A DNA stretch of 64,000 nt, from the NCBI RefSeq assembly GCF_009914755.1, contig NC_060926.1; one strand, written 5' to 3'. The position numbers were made by a program, and so were the translations under genes. Position 1 is the stretch's first letter. The number at the start of each line of letters is the position of its first letter. The notes beneath the pieces were generated by a model. It made no database searches. It saw nothing but the letters and a program-made list of their open reading frames with translations, and was not told where the DNA came from. Shown here one piece after another: positions 31,519 to 45,972 of the stretch. Source of the stretch: the human T2T-CHM13v2.0 reference genome, Homo sapiens.

Positions 31519-32090
31519 TATATATATATGGATCTTTGTGATGTGACTATGGGAATATAGAAATTTGGGCAAGATCTCAAGTATCCAATATATATATAGA
31601 TGATTAACATTTTATCATTACTTTCCTAGTGAAAGGTAAAAATAGCTGGCTTTAAGAATAAAGATAAACTGGAAACTGATATCTTTGTTTTTATTTTTAA
31701 ATTTAAATTCTATGTGCAATATTAAAGATATACATCAAGATGATATCCAAATTATCTAACTTTAATCATATATTGATTAACAACCTGATAGGTAAATGTG
31801 ACATAGGAATAATAGATAGCATCTAATTGTGAGGTCATTGTGTACTTTATCCTTTAAAGAGCCATAAAAACATATTTTAAAATACAACAAACTTTAAAGC
31901 AACAAAATGACCACAGAAATAGGGGTCTGGGATTGAGATGGAGATTTGCTGCTGGATGTCTGAGAAAAGATTAGAGAATTATAAAAGAAATTAACAAATG
32001 AATACCAATCTGATTTAAACTAATCTATTCTTATAGTCCTAGTAGGCAAAATGGAAGTGAATAAATATTTCTTTTTCTCAAAAGTGATGA

Positions 32091-32380
32091 GGCTGGGCAT
32101 GGTGGCTCGTGCCTGTAATCTCAACACTTTGGGAGGCCGAGGTGGGAAAGTCACTTGAGGCCAGGAGTTTAAGAACCCCTGTGAGTAACATAGTGAGACC
32201 CCCATCTCTATAAAACACAAATATAAAAATTCAGCGAGCATGGTGGTATGTGCCTGGGAGGCTGAGGTGGGAGAATCGCTTAAGTCCCAAAATCCAAGGT
32301 TGCAGTCAGCTATGATTGTGCCACTGCACTCCAACCTGGGCGACAGAGTGAGATCTTGTCTCTAAAAAAAAAAAAAAAAA
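32091..32380 (+). mobile_element. Alu (AluJ-like)
   Basis: Sense Alu with poly(A). Confidence 0.93.
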
Positions 32381-33272
32381 GTGTTTCTCTCCTTTATCTT
32401 CTGCTATTTTAAATTACAAAGAAGTGGCTACTTCAAAAATGAAGGTCACAAAAACCTTTTAAAGGTCATCTTTAGGTTGGTGATCAGGTATGTGATGCAT
32501 ATACTGGAAGTGGCAGGCTGTGCCCCTCTGGAGCACAATTTGGCATTCTGAATTTCGAGGATTAACCAAGTTCGCAATTTTTTATTCAATGATTTTCATT
32601 GAATGAGTTTTCCCTTAATAAAAACATAAAAATATTTAGATAAATGCATGCATAGAGATGTTGACTCTAGAATTTTGGGGGGCAACATTTGGAAATAGCC
32701 AAATGTTCAATAATGTATTGCTTGTGAATTGTGGCATTTTCTTATAAGGAAGAGAGTAAGGCCATTAAAAATGATGTTTTGGGAACTAAGAATGAAAAAT
32801 TGTATCTATAGCATAATCCCTGTTTTGGTTAATCTCTGTTTCACACTAAAATGTGAACAGCACTCATCTGTGAGTGGTGGTATGCTGAGTGTCTTTCTTT
32901 TCCTTTTTTTTTTTTAAATAAAGTATTAATTCTGAATTAGCCTTCCAAAAGCAAACCAGCAAAAACTAGGAATATAACAAAGTTATTCAAATATTCTAAT
33001 ATTAAAAATCTTCTTTGTCTTTCTGATGGTTTCATTTGTAGAAATAACTCTAAACATCTGGATGGGTCACCAAAAGGTGTTGTGGCCTCTTAGTTCTACT
33101 TTGAAATTAAAGGCCCTTTTTAGAGGAAAAAAATATCTGAAGTCCAACCCTCACCCCTCCTCCTGCCTTGTCTAGGATCTTCAGCATTAGAAAGATTGCT
33201 GGCCGGTTACCATAACACCCAGGGCCCTTGGTGGCTGCTCTGTGGGATCAGCCAATCCTCGCAGCCACTCAC

Positions 33273-33421
33273 CTGGCCTGCGCATGGTGAGGCACACCCT
33301 TTGGATTCACCTGGTCCAGCAGCTGCTGCCTTCTCGCTGCTTCTTTCTTCCTACAGCGCCCCTGAAGAAGGTTGTTTCTGAGGGTCCTGAAGAGAAGTTT
33401 TGTATTCTGCATTGCTGACAT
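33273..33421 (-). CDS. DYTN: DYTN exon 9 (MSAMQNTKLLFRTLRN...HHAQA)
   Basis: tttcagcag|ATG...GCCAG|gtgagt; open frame, phase 0 to 2. Confidence 0.93.
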
Positions 33422-34863
33422 CTGCTGAAAGGGCCAACATTTTTAAAAAGCGTCAGATCAGTCTACGTGTGGTCTTCCTTCCTTACTTGGATGGACTGGC
33501 CACCATGAAAGTTTTTGGAATTATTTCTCTTAAGTCCTCAGAAAAATAATCTTACCTCCTTCTTGTCCCTGAATTTCTTCACATTCTCATAGAAATAGCA
33601 TAAGTCTCCAAATTAAACACCCCAAACCCCCTCAATAAGTCCTCTTCCTTAGAGTAACCCCGTCATTTGGCATTCTACACCTAGAGGAGGGCATCAAAGA
33701 GGACTAAGCCTGTGGTTGCTCACATTTAGGGTTGTGGATGCCTTTGAGAATTGGATGATAACTCATGGATTTATTTCCAGCGAAATACTCACACATTCCA
33801 TTCTGCATACAATTTCAGTGGACTCACAGGCTCACCCGAAATCCATTTATTTCACCCCAAGTTAAGAACTTCTACCAAATGCAAAGAAGGAATGAGATGT
33901 CTCATTTCAAGGGTTTCAGCACTTGAAATTTAAAGCGTAATAACAAAGTGGCCACATGGTGTCACTCTAACATCAACAAATCCAAGACTTTTAGCACTAG
34001 GAAGGTAGATCCTAGGCCTGTGAACCTGAGGACCTGGGTAAGGCAATGCCCACTGGAAATTATTTGGCAAGATTCAGGCACTTGACTTTTGCAGGCCATT
34101 CATGTAAAGGAGAGAAGGAGGGAAAACTATCCTTGGCAAAGTTAATTAGTCAACATCCTTCGCTATTGTGGTATTTGAGGAGGTTGCCATCTGTGTGAAG
34201 AAACTTACTCACTGGAATTTAGTAATGAAAAGAAAATGTTCTTTCTGGGAAAAAATAGAATGCTTTTTTCTAAAATGTACTATGCTGTTTCTCTTCTTAC
34301 AAAGAACTGAATTCACTTGCTAGGTATTTATAATTTTAAAAAATTTGAAAGGCAGCTGTGAAGTTTTAGTTGTATACTTTTTCAGTCAACATTGAGATAA
34401 TAATCTTTCTTTTTTCCTAAAGAAGAAATATTTGAAATTTAGGGTTCAGGAAAAGACATGTTAAAAAAGAAAAATTCTCCAAAAATATGTTAGTAACTAG
34501 AAGTCTTGCTGCATCATTTTTGCCATATCAGAGCCCTTCTCTTTTCCATCTGTACCCATTTCCAGTGCTGCTCCCTGTAACTCTTCACTGACATTTTCTA
34601 TTCCAGAGTATCTGATCAATCACTTCAGACTGAACTCTGGCCTGTTCTTGTGGCCAAAAACTTCCACTGAGACATACAATGTGAAGAAATCATACTTACG
34701 TTGGGAGATATTCAAGGTGGAGTTTGCCACTTGCTTAGTCTTAAATATTGCAATGTATGACAGGAGCAGAATCTGTGGTTTCACTGGAGGGAAGGTTTTT
34801 TCATGGCTATAGCTTATACTGAATTGATTAATGAATAGTTTGGTATGTGACATTAAATGTTAC

Positions 34864-34975
34864 CTGAATGCAGTGCTCAATGACAGGATGAGACTTCTGA
34901 TGGGACTTGCTGTGAAGACCAGATAAGAAACACATCTGGCAGATGTCAAAGTTGAGACACTTCAGACAGCGGTAT
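34864..34975 (-). CDS. DYTN: DYTN exon 8 (ZZ zinc finger, YRCLKCLNFDICQMCF...HPVIEHCIQ)
   Basis: ggcag|A...CAG|gtaaca; ZZ Cys/His pattern. Confidence 0.96.
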
Positions 34976-36589
34976 CTGCCAGTTAAAATAGAAGCACAGC
35001 TTACGTCACTAGTAGATGAGAAAAAAAAAAAAAAAAGAATATCCAGGTAGAGAATGAGCAACCCAAAATATACAGAAGATGTCTGAGCTGCCAAATCAGT
35101 GTAAAGTTTCTCCCAAACTATAGGATTATTAAATGACTCTAATGCGTTTGTTTACTCAAATACATCTTCATATGATAGTATTTTCAAATGGCATTATATT
35201 AATGCCATATACGCTATGGTATAGAAGTCTGATTTATTTCCCAAAATACGAAGTGCCTTCTATATGCAGGGTGCTGTGTGCTACAACCTTTAGGATAAAC
35301 CCTTAAATCTGCAGCTGCGTTTTGTGCAGCTGCACAATGCACTCAAATTCTTTGAATTTAATAGCTAATTTAAAAATAGATTTCAATAAAATCAAATTTT
35401 GGCTTGTCTTAAACTTTTGCAGGGTATGATAATATTGGGCCTGTATTCCTGAGTGGTGTTGGGGAAAATTAAGCCATAAATAACAAATTTAAAAATAAGC
35501 ACTCGTCATTTTATAGAAGTCTGTATGTAGGAAAGATATAAAGTAGAGGAGGGGAATTCCTCACCACAGCCAAGTTTCTTGACCCATCAACATTGGAGAA
35601 TTTTTCTTTTTGAGAAATGACAGCCTTAAATCCCTTTGTGGTCAGAAGGAGCGGAGAGAGTCTTGAGACACTCTGGTTAGGAGGGGTGTCCCATAATACT
35701 CAGGAAACTATTGTGATGTTAGTGGGGAGCTAGTAAGACCTAGCAGTCATCAGTTAGTAACTTTTAAGGATATTTGAGTGGGACCATGTTGTTTGTCTAT
35801 AAAATAACAGGGAGCTATACATTTTTCCCCTGATATGTAAATTCTCTTCTCTAACTGCAGTGTGTGTGGTATAAAACTCTGTCCTCATATGGTGACAGTT
35901 GGTGAGAACCAGGCAGCAGCTACTCCTTTTAGACTGGACATACAGTTCTGAGCTAGCTATAGTCCCTACCTGTCCTATTTCCTTCACGTATACCACTTGC
36001 CTTGCCTTTTAAGCATTTGGGTTTTCAACACCTCTCTTAAGGTTACAAAAAAGAAATATGATAAGATTCCAGTGCTCTTAAATTTCATATCTTGCGGCAA
36101 AACTTTGACATGGAAGGTTGAAGTAATAACTTCCAGAATTAGGTGATGTGTGATTAAGTGCCAAGTGAAAGGCATGGAGAAGAGGGGTATAGCAGGGAGG
36201 CAGAGGGAGAGCCCTATGGGCTGGTGTGGTCTGGAAAGTGAGGCTCATGCTATACATGGAAGGCTGGGCTGGAGATTAAAGCAAAGAAAATCCCAAGTAG
36301 AAAGAAGAGAAGGAATAAGGTAACGAAGATTGGGATGAGTAAGAAGGGTTTAGAGGACATAAAATCTATCAGACCTGCTAACTGCCCTGAATAACAGCGG
36401 GAAAACACCTTGGAAAGCTTCTGAGGCCAGATGGCAGAAGGTCTGATGGTCTGATCAAAGTCGTTTAGAGGAGGAGCAGGAGAATGTAAATACCTTGAGA
36501 TCGCCCCTCAGCTACCCTTGTTTACTGCTGTACTTCCAACCCTGACTCCCATGGCAGGATATTAATAAATAATGTGGGATGATATAATA

Positions 36590-36830
36590 GCAGCTAGCAT
36601 TTTTGTGCATGTTCTATGTGCAGGCAGTGTACATGTGTTGACCCAGTTAATCCCCATGGAAATTCTTTCAGGTATTCATACGATTACCCTCATTTTGCAG
36701 ATGAGGAAACTGAATTAAAGAGAGTTTAAGTAACTTGCACAAAGTTACACAACTACTTAGTAAGTAGTAGAAGATTTTGAGTCCCAGGTTACTATCTGAA
36801 CTGATGGCCTGCCATTTTAACCACTAGAAT
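36590..36830. mobile_element. MIR
   Basis: cattttgcagatgaggaaactga...aagtaacttgcacaaagttacaca core. Confidence 0.8.
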
Positions 36831-39250
36831 AGACCACACTATCCTAGAATAGACCACCACTCCTCAAGGCAGGAGGCTTGAGTTTGAATTCACATACCAC
36901 CATTACTACTTATAGTAGTACTAATAGTTGAATTGAAAACTTAAGCTCACTTAAGTTTAGGAGAATGCCTGGTACATGGTAGGTTTTTCAATGAACATTA
37001 GTTGAATGAAGTTGGATAAATGACTTAGTTTCTTCAACTAAGGAAAAATGGAGCTAGTAAACCCTATCCTCCTGGCCTTGCAAAATTTTTAGAAAACTTT
37101 AAAAGTTGTTCAACATACATAAATGGGAAGACATTTACTTTTTCAATGAAGTGTACAACATAATAAACTATTTTTATAAGGATTATTTGATGAGTCATCC
37201 ATGCTGGCTGCTTTATCAAGCATTAACTGGATGGCTGTGATTAACTTATTTAGGATAATATGCTGCTCTATCCTTAAATTTGTTCCTCTGTGCTCTGAAA
37301 CTACCTACAGGTATATGAGAATGGTTATTGTGTGGGTAATGAGATTGGCCTGTTGTTGATGTTTTTTACCAGTATAGAACCCAGGTTTTCTCCCAATTTC
37401 ATTTCAACCTTCCATGGCTATCACAGAGCAAAAATGCTGACATGTCCTTCTAGAATTTTTTTCTTGGATTAAGGCCACTCTATGGTCTTTGCACCTTCTC
37501 TTTCTTTAGAAGGCCAAATCTTTGTCCTCTTCCTGCTACCTGCAGATCTGCAAATGCATGCCCTCTAACATGGCTTTCTTCATCTCCCAAAAAACCAAAG
37601 CTACTGGTTGAGTTTTTTGAGATCCCAAAACATAAGTTTAAAGTTAGGATTATAATATATCCAGGCAATTTTTAATAGAATCCTAAGTTTAGAGCTAAAG
37701 AAGTCTCAGACATCATTTGATCTACCCTGCTGAATTTTACTAAAAACAAAACAAACCAAAAAACAAAAACCCCAAACTGAGGTCTAGAGAGGTTAAACAC
37801 CTTGCCCAGGTCTCCTAGCTCTTTGTATATAGGACACCTGTTTATTGCCTTGGATGCATAAGGGGAAAGATGGTTTACATGGGGGCATTTTAAAGAAATT
37901 CTGTTCTCATTCTCAACAGATATTTGAAGGGTAGCATTTCTCGGCCTCTGCCTTTGCCATTTTTAGGGGCGACTTAAGTAAGTCACTCAAACTCTTTGAG
38001 ACTCAATTTTTGTCATCTATAGAATAGAAATAGTATCTGCTTTATGTTATACATAATAATTTTGAAAACATATTTCAATGTAAAAGTTGTGTTTTATATA
38101 ATTACAAAGTTAATCCTGTACTCGACCTAGGGCAGGACTTGCAGTAACTCCTTAACTAATACTTGCTTATTGGTTAAATGATTATAATGTACTCATAACA
38201 TGGCAAATCATATTCAGATTTCCCCATTGTCCAATATAAATAATTTATTTTTCTTTGTTGTATGAGGATTTCTTTGTTCCTGCTTGCTTGGTTTCCAACA
38301 GTCCTGTTCATTTATATGTTTTATTGTTTAAAGTTCAGTTCCTTGCCGAATTTTCATGAATGAAGTTTCACTGTGTCCTGCAAATTCTCTGCAAACCCAA
38401 TTCATTTTCTCAGCAAAATTAAAACCGGATCTCCAGTTTTTCGGTGTACCAAGCAGACCTATTTTACCTCCATGGGGAGCAATTTCAGTTCTGGGTTAGC
38501 TAGGGTCAGGAAGCATGGGAAGGGAAGGGGAACAAAGTGAGCAGGAGCTGAGTCCTGAGGCCTCTTGTCCCCTTCTCCTTCCGGGAACCCTCAGTTTTGC
38601 CTTGTATTTAGCTACCTGATGTCCCAGAGCTTTAGTCTTCCCACATCCCCAGCCCCTGTTCACTCATCGTGAATAATGGCTTCTTCCATGCCTGGCCTAC
38701 ACCTGGTGGTTTCTTTCTCTTCTCCCAAGCTTTAATGATAACTCCAATTTTACTTCCCTATGGTTTTATTTATGGGAGACCTATAACACTCTTTCTCTAA
38801 GATGGGATTTTGACTGTTAGCCTCAAAGCTATGGAAATATTTGAATCTCCCACCTCCAAATCTAGCTCTCAAATCTGCTTTTTGCTCCAGGTGGAGAGAA
38901 GATCAAGCCTGAGTTGTTCTCATGAATGCTGATGATCTCTGTGAGTCTGTGCCTTGTTTGCAGTTGTCTGCACAGGGAGGCAGCGGAGCATCATGGCTGC
39001 AAAGCAGGGACTCCGGATTTAGGATGCCAGCCTCTGCGGCTTGCTAATCATGTAGGTTATTTAACTTCTCTGTAAATAGGGGATAAGAATACAACCCTTT
39101 GTATAGGCTTACAACACATTTTAAATGAAATGACCCATGTGAACTGCTCAGCTTGGCATTTGTCTAACACTTAACAAAAGTAGTGTTGTTAGGATGATGA
39201 TGATGATGCATGGCTCCAAAATTTAAAAGGTTTCTTTGGAGCAAAAGACA

Positions 39251-39623
<373 letters not shown>

Positions 39624-39824
39624 TTAATATTTCATCCATTATAGAAGATAAAAGACAATTTATTATCAACCAGGATGCCTCTTGCCAGGAAATCATTGAG
39701 CCAAAAAAGTCAACTGAATTTCAGATGTGTAAGGAGGACCCCAAAAAGAATCTGAAGGGATGCAGCTCCAACTGTAGAACCATATGGAGAATGATAATCC
39801 AAGAAATGCTGCTGATGACTGTAC

Positions 39825-39988
39825 CTGAGTCCCGTGATTGGGAAAGTCCTGCAGAGAGTGCACCGAGCAGGGTGAGTGACCCTTTCAGCAGCTGATAACC
39901 GGTGGCAGGTCGGGAGCCACAGGAGGATGGGAGGCTCAGATTGGACCCAAGACAGGAATTTTTCTTCTTTGATTGCTGGGCTCAACAC
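39825..39988 (-). CDS. DYTN: DYTN exon 7 (end of EF region and start of ZZ zinc finger)
   Basis: tttcag|GTG...CTCAG|gtacag; FLSWVQSEPPILLWLPTCHRL...HPARCTLC. Confidence 0.96.
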
Positions 39989-40242
39989 CTGAAAAACAAT
40001 GGCACTCTAAGATGTGTTTTTAGGCACGACTTGATATTTTCATTTTCTTTTCTGACTCTAATTCTGTCAGTTCTGCTGAAGAAGTTTATCATAGGAAAAG
40101 CTGGAGGTGAGACTACCTCCTAAATTCAGTTATCTGAGATGCTATGTGGAGTAATAATAGGTCTGTAATGTAAATCAGTCAGCAAACTATCCCAATACAC
40201 CGTGTCTGTCCCCAACTCCAGGGACATTTGCAAGGCACTCAC

Positions 40243-40314
40243 CCCTTGGAAACAGCTGCGGGTGGCACTTTCCACAGGGCACAGAGCACGACTCTCTCCC
40301 ACGAAAGTTGGGAT
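40243..40314 (-). CDS. DYTN: DYTN exon 6 (IPTFVGES...SCFQG)
   Basis: ttgcag|ATC...GGG|gtgagt; IPxxVGE and RSCF motifs of the family. Confidence 0.95.
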
Positions 40315-40699
40315 CTGCAAGAGACAACCTCATCTTAGCTGTTAGAAAGTGGAGAAATATGTCGTCTCCGGGAGCAGCAGGGCTGAGAGCTGGTGCCCAC
40401 GGCTGTGTAGTCACAAGTATTTGGTATCTGAGACGAGGTGAACTGTCTCAATCCAAGAGAACAAAGAAATGCGTGGGTTTTGTGCAATGTTTGGGTTAAG
40501 ACAATGAATAAGCAAGTGGGAAGGAGAGGAGGGAGGAGGGGAAGGGAAGGAAGTCTGCCAATGAGGTGATAAACTGCTTCCTTCTGTTTTATTTTCTTGT
40601 GATTCCAAATTATTTTATCCTTTCTTTGCCTTTGTTCACCTATGAAATGAAGATCACAATAATACTGTCTTAAAGTTTAGAGTTTTAAAATATATATAC

Positions 40700-41148
40700 T
40701 TTTTTTTTTTTACTTTAAGTTCTGGGATACATGTGCAGAACGTGCAGGTTTGTTACATAGATATACATGTGCCATGGTGGTTTGCTGCACTTACCAACCT
40801 CTCATCTAGTTTTTAAGCCCTGCGTGCATTAGGTATTTGTCCTAATGCTCTCCCTTCCCTTTACCCCACCCTCTGACAGGACCCAGTGTATGATGTTCCC
40901 CTCCCTGCGTCCATGTGTTCTCATTGTTCAACTACCACTTATGAGTGAGAACATGCAGTGTTTGGTTTTCTGTTACTGTGTTAGTTTGCTGAGAATGATG
41001 GTTTCCAGCTTCATCCATGTACCTGCAAAGGACATGAACTCATTGTTTTTTATGGCTGCATAGTATTCCATGGTGTATATGTGCCACATTTTCTTTATCT
41101 AGTCTATCACTGATGGGCATTTGGGTTTGTTCCAAGTCCTTGCTATTG
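40700..41148 (-). mobile_element. 5'-truncated L1PA 3' end
   Basis: Poly(T) plus tactttaagttctgggatacatgtgcag...; TSD tatatatac. Confidence 0.92.
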
Positions 41149-41165
41149 TATATATACATATTTTT

Positions 41166-41284
41166 AAGACTATTCAAGTGCAGTAGTGAGAAGCAGGAAA
41201 GAGTAGATCAAGAAGTTCAATCTGTATTCAATCTGTAACTGACTAAACAATCTACTGAGATAACTCACTACCTTTGGACAAGCC
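41166..41284 (-). pseudogene. Y1 RNA (RNY1) retropseudogene
   Basis: Reverse complement GGCTTGTCCAAAGGTAGTGAGTTATCTCA...CTCACTACTGCACTTGAATAGTCTT matches hY1 end to end; followed by an A-rich tail. Confidence 0.9.
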
Positions 41285-41407
41285 TAGAGTGGCTTTGAGA
41301 AAAACCTTTCCAAACACTTTCATATCACATCATTTTAAGAAATGCCAATTTCTGAGGTAGGATGGTAATTACTACCCTTGTTTAAACAAGCAAGGGATGA
41401 AAGGAAA

Positions 41408-42045
41408 GGAAATCAGTTTGTCAAAGAGACATCGGCACTCCCATGTTCACTGTAGCACTCTTCATAATAGCCAAGTTTCTGGAACGATCTAAGTGTCCAT
41501 TGACAGATGAATAAAAAATGTGGTATGTAATATACAACAGAATAGTACTCAGCCTTAGGAAAGAAGGGAATCCTGTCATTTGTGACAACATGAATGAACC
41601 TAGAGGACAATATGCTAAATGAAATAAGCCAGGCACAGAAAGACAAATACCACATAATCGCACTTACATGTGGAATCTAAAAACATTGAATTCATAGAAA
41701 CAGAAGAATAGTGGATGCCAGGGGCTGAGGACAGGGATAAATGAGAAGATGTTGATTAAAGGGTAGAAACTTTCAGTTATAAGATTTATAAATTCTGGGA
41801 ATCTAATTGCAGCATGGCTACTAGTAATACTACTGTATTGTTTACTTGAGAATTGAAACAAGAGCAGGTTTGAAGTATCCTCAAACCCCCCAACACCATG
41901 AGATGGCAATGATGGTGGTGACAGATGGGTTAATTAATTTGATTGTGTTAATCTTTATGCAGTGTATATCTATCTCAAAACATCATGTCGTACACCTTGA
42001 ATATATACAGTTTCTGATTATCAATTAATAGTTTTCAAAAAATAA
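41408..42045 (+). mobile_element. L1MA/MB 3' end
   Basis: aaataagccaggcacagaaagacaaatac...cacttacatgtggaatctaaaaa. Confidence 0.85.
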
Positions 42046-44941
42046 AGCCAAGAGTAATTGAGATTTGATATTTTGCTCAAGGTCAAAAAAGCAAGTTAGC
42101 AGCAGAATTGGGGTCTCACTCCAGGACTCTTACTCTTTCTTGAGGAGTTTCCATGAAGCTTTATCACAGCCCGACCTTACATATATTTCAACGGCTCAAT
42201 CTGTGCCACCACACTCAGTGGTTTCCAACTTTCAGCCACAGTCACCATAAGGCGTTCAATTAAGGCACTAAGAACCTTTTGTGACTGCCAAGATGGCCAG
42301 GGACTTGGCTCTGACATCATCTATATGCACAGATACATGTACCTGTCACCTCCATTTATTCCCATTTGGTCACGGGTCCTAATTTCACATCTGATGTCTT
42401 CTACAGCACAGGCTGTCAGCAGGCATTGCCTGCAAGCTCAGAAGTAATCTCAGAGACCCTCCTGCTGAGTCCATCAACTCGAATAAACGTTCTTCTAATC
42501 AGGAAAGTGGCACTCAGAACCTCTTTGCTGACAATTAGCCAGGCAGAAGTCAACAAACATTTGTGTAATAGTGACAAGATGGCTTGTACTTTAAATTGAT
42601 AATAATCCTGTTGCCAGTCGAATGTAAGTAACTACTCCCTATGTTATTTAGCCTTTGTCTGAAAGCATAACTCATTACCCATCGTTTGGCTTGTGAGTGC
42701 TGATGAACTAACTGGACCACTTATTTAGACTGTGTTGTTGATCCAACATTCACCCTCCTCTGATGTCCTTGAGCCCTGGGAAAGGAGTTTTACTTCATTT
42801 GTAAAATAAGGTGGGTGGATAACATAGGATGACTCTCACCAGCTCTGTGATTCTAACACTAGTACAAAGAAAATTCACTTCTGTAGTGGGTTTTCAACCT
42901 ACATTTTTGCCTATAAAGATGTGCATAAAGATTTTGCGGATGAATGGCCCAAGTGACTAATTTCTTGCAGGTGTTCTAGGAAGAATTAAACATGGCTAGA
43001 TGGCACACCGGCACAGGCAGACACCACTTGAAACGATAATTATGATGTTTAGGGGGGGATTTGAATCATGTAGTGGGGCCTGGAATTTTCTCTGAGAATC
43101 CATTTCTGAGTCTGTAATAGCAGTCAATGGGATGATAATTTCTATGCAAATCTCCAGCTTCCTAAGACCTTCTCAGGAGCATACTGATGCCTGGGGTGCG
43201 GGTAGGGGCGGAGTGCTGAGGGAGCTTCTAGTTCAGCAGCTCATTGACCTCATTTGAACCTGAAACAAGGGCAGATTTTTAGAGCCTGTTGGACCAAGTA
43301 GTCAGGAGAGCACAAAGAGTTCTCTAGAAGGAAAATGTCCCTCAGCTCATCCCCTTTCATCACATCCGCTTCTAAGCACTCCAGTCTCACCAGTCTGATT
43401 GCACAAATGGGCGGACAGACTGTCCAGCCTTCCCAGGCCCCCACCTGCTCGAGTCTTGTGATATGAGATGGGTGGAAGTGAGCCTGCAACTTATGATGAC
43501 TCCCTGAGAAATGCCTTAGAGTCAGTAGAACGTTTGATGGTGGGATCTATGTGGCTGCTGCAACTACCAGTGCAGCTCAGAAGTATCTATGCCTGATATT
43601 CTAACCTTATAAATAAAAAAAAAATCATTGCTCCATTTAAGAAATATATAAATGATGTTTGGAATTTAAGTTAAATATTAATTATTGTCATCATCATGAA
43701 CACAAAATATTAATATTGAAACCAAATCAAAGCAAAGATAATTCTGAATAGGTTTTTCCAATCCATACTCCCTGTCCTAGAGATTTTTATTATCTTCCTC
43801 CTTATCCCGCCCTTGCTCCCATCATGCATGGCTATCCTCAGTTCAGAATCCTTGGTCCAGAACCAAGAGAAAAGTGACAGAAAGTTCCTAAGTCATTACA
43901 GTCCAGAATATCTAGCATGGGGATTTTGTAGGAGCTGGAAGAATGGAGACATCCTTCAAAACAAGGGTAAGGGTACAACAGGACAACAGCACCCACACGC
44001 AAGACAATCCAGAGCCTGTTTAATCCTTTTGCAGAACTTCTTGCTTGGTTACATCAATTTACATCATTTTAACATTTAAAAAACATCTTTAAGGAGGTTA
44101 AATTCCCTTGCCTAGTAAGAATAAAAACCAAATCAAATGTACACATTCTTAAACCACAGGAAATGATGGAAATAATTTTGAGTACTCGACATGGCACTCC
44201 ATCTATGCATTCTTTAAGCATTTTTTTGATGTCTTTTAGTATCAGGCACTGTTCAAGTCACTGGAGATATAAAAATGAAACAGTCCAGTGGGGAAGCATC
44301 ATCTACCATAATTTGACAAGTGCCGCAACAAAGTTATGCATAGGAAGTCAAAGAAGCTTTGAGCAAGGAGGTGACAAATGATTGAGAGATATTGAAAGAG
44401 GAGTAGTTTGTTAAGTGAAAGGATAGGCAATGGCCTTGTGGGTAGATAGAAATGCAGAAGTCAGGCATGGAGAACTTGGTGCATGTCAGGCACAAATTTT
44501 AATATGTAGGAGTGAAAAAGGTATGGGGTGTAAGGAAAAATTAAATACTTTGGAATAAGCAAAAGAGACTATTGGATATGTTTTCAGTGGTGATTATCTG
44601 TACCTATAGACAGATACATCATTGTCTTTGCTAAGCTATTTTACAACTCTAGAGAGAGTAAAGTTAACTTGTAGCAAACTTACAGCAATGCAAATAATTC
44701 TTATCTATAGACAACATTATCTTTAGCCTCATGAGTATGAGTATAATTCATAACCTTCTACTCATAACCTTATGAGTATAAGTTAAGTTATATTCAAGTA
44801 ACAGCAATGGCTATGGAGGAGAGAGCTTGCATGGAGTTATATATAAAGATAGACTTGACACTGGAGACATCAGATTCTTTAATAATAAATGTGGCAAATT
44901 AACTGAAACAAATGTACAGTTCTTAAGTATTAGGAATTTAC

Positions 44942-45042
44942 CTGCTGTAGATCTGTTAGTAGTTTTCTCAAAACCCTTCGAGTCATGCGTGGCCCAGAAT
45001 CATAGCCTCCCCTGCTATTTTCTGCATAGAGTTGAAAAAGAG
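44942..45042 (-). CDS. DYTN: DYTN exon 5 (ALFQLYAENSRGG...LLTDLQQ)
   Basis: atgtctag|CT...CAG|gtaaat; in phase with both neighbours. Confidence 0.93.
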
Positions 45043-45112
45043 CTAGACATGTAGGAGGAACAATCTTTAAATTGAATACTTGCAATGTATCTTTGAAGAG
45101 TACTTGCTTTGA

Positions 45113-45496
<384 letters not shown>

Positions 45497-45886
45497 ACTA
45501 TGATTTTTGTAATAACCGTAATTTGATAACTAACGGAAACCCATTCACATTTCAACACCTTGATCATTCAGTACATCTAGGAAGAAGATCATGAGGTTGG
45601 TAAACAGAAATGTGAGGATCCTCCCAGGCTTCAAACCAATAATAATTACGGGTGTCTAGGTAATCCCTAAACAAATAAATATCAAGAACAACCAAGAAAC
45701 AAGTAATTAGGAAGTGTAAATTTTGAAAAATTCCAAAGTCCTCAAATAGTAAATATTTTTATTTAATAAACACATAAGTCATGCTGAGTACATGCTGAAG
45801 AGGCCTTGTGGCAGGGATATAGGATAACAGGTTGGGGATTTGGGGCTCACTGCACTTTAGGACACCCGCAGTCCTCTGCATGTTAC

Positions 45887-45972
45887 CTCGGTATTTTGAA
45901 AGAGGGCTGTCTCCTGAGAGGGTTATTAGGGCAGCGGCCGCAGGCATAAGCTGGAGAAAACCTGTTCCTTTG
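45887..45972 (-). CDS. DYTN: DYTN exon 4 (SKGTGFLQ...PLSKYR)
   Basis: ctgtgcag|C...CGAG|gtaaca; matches ORF 45759-45986. Confidence 0.94.

Noticed and set aside
36824-36858. Short tandem duplications (here ctagaatagaccac twice; also near 23097, 46744 and 63494)
   Set aside because: Two-copy slippage duplications with no spacer array; not CRISPR-like and common in mammalian introns.
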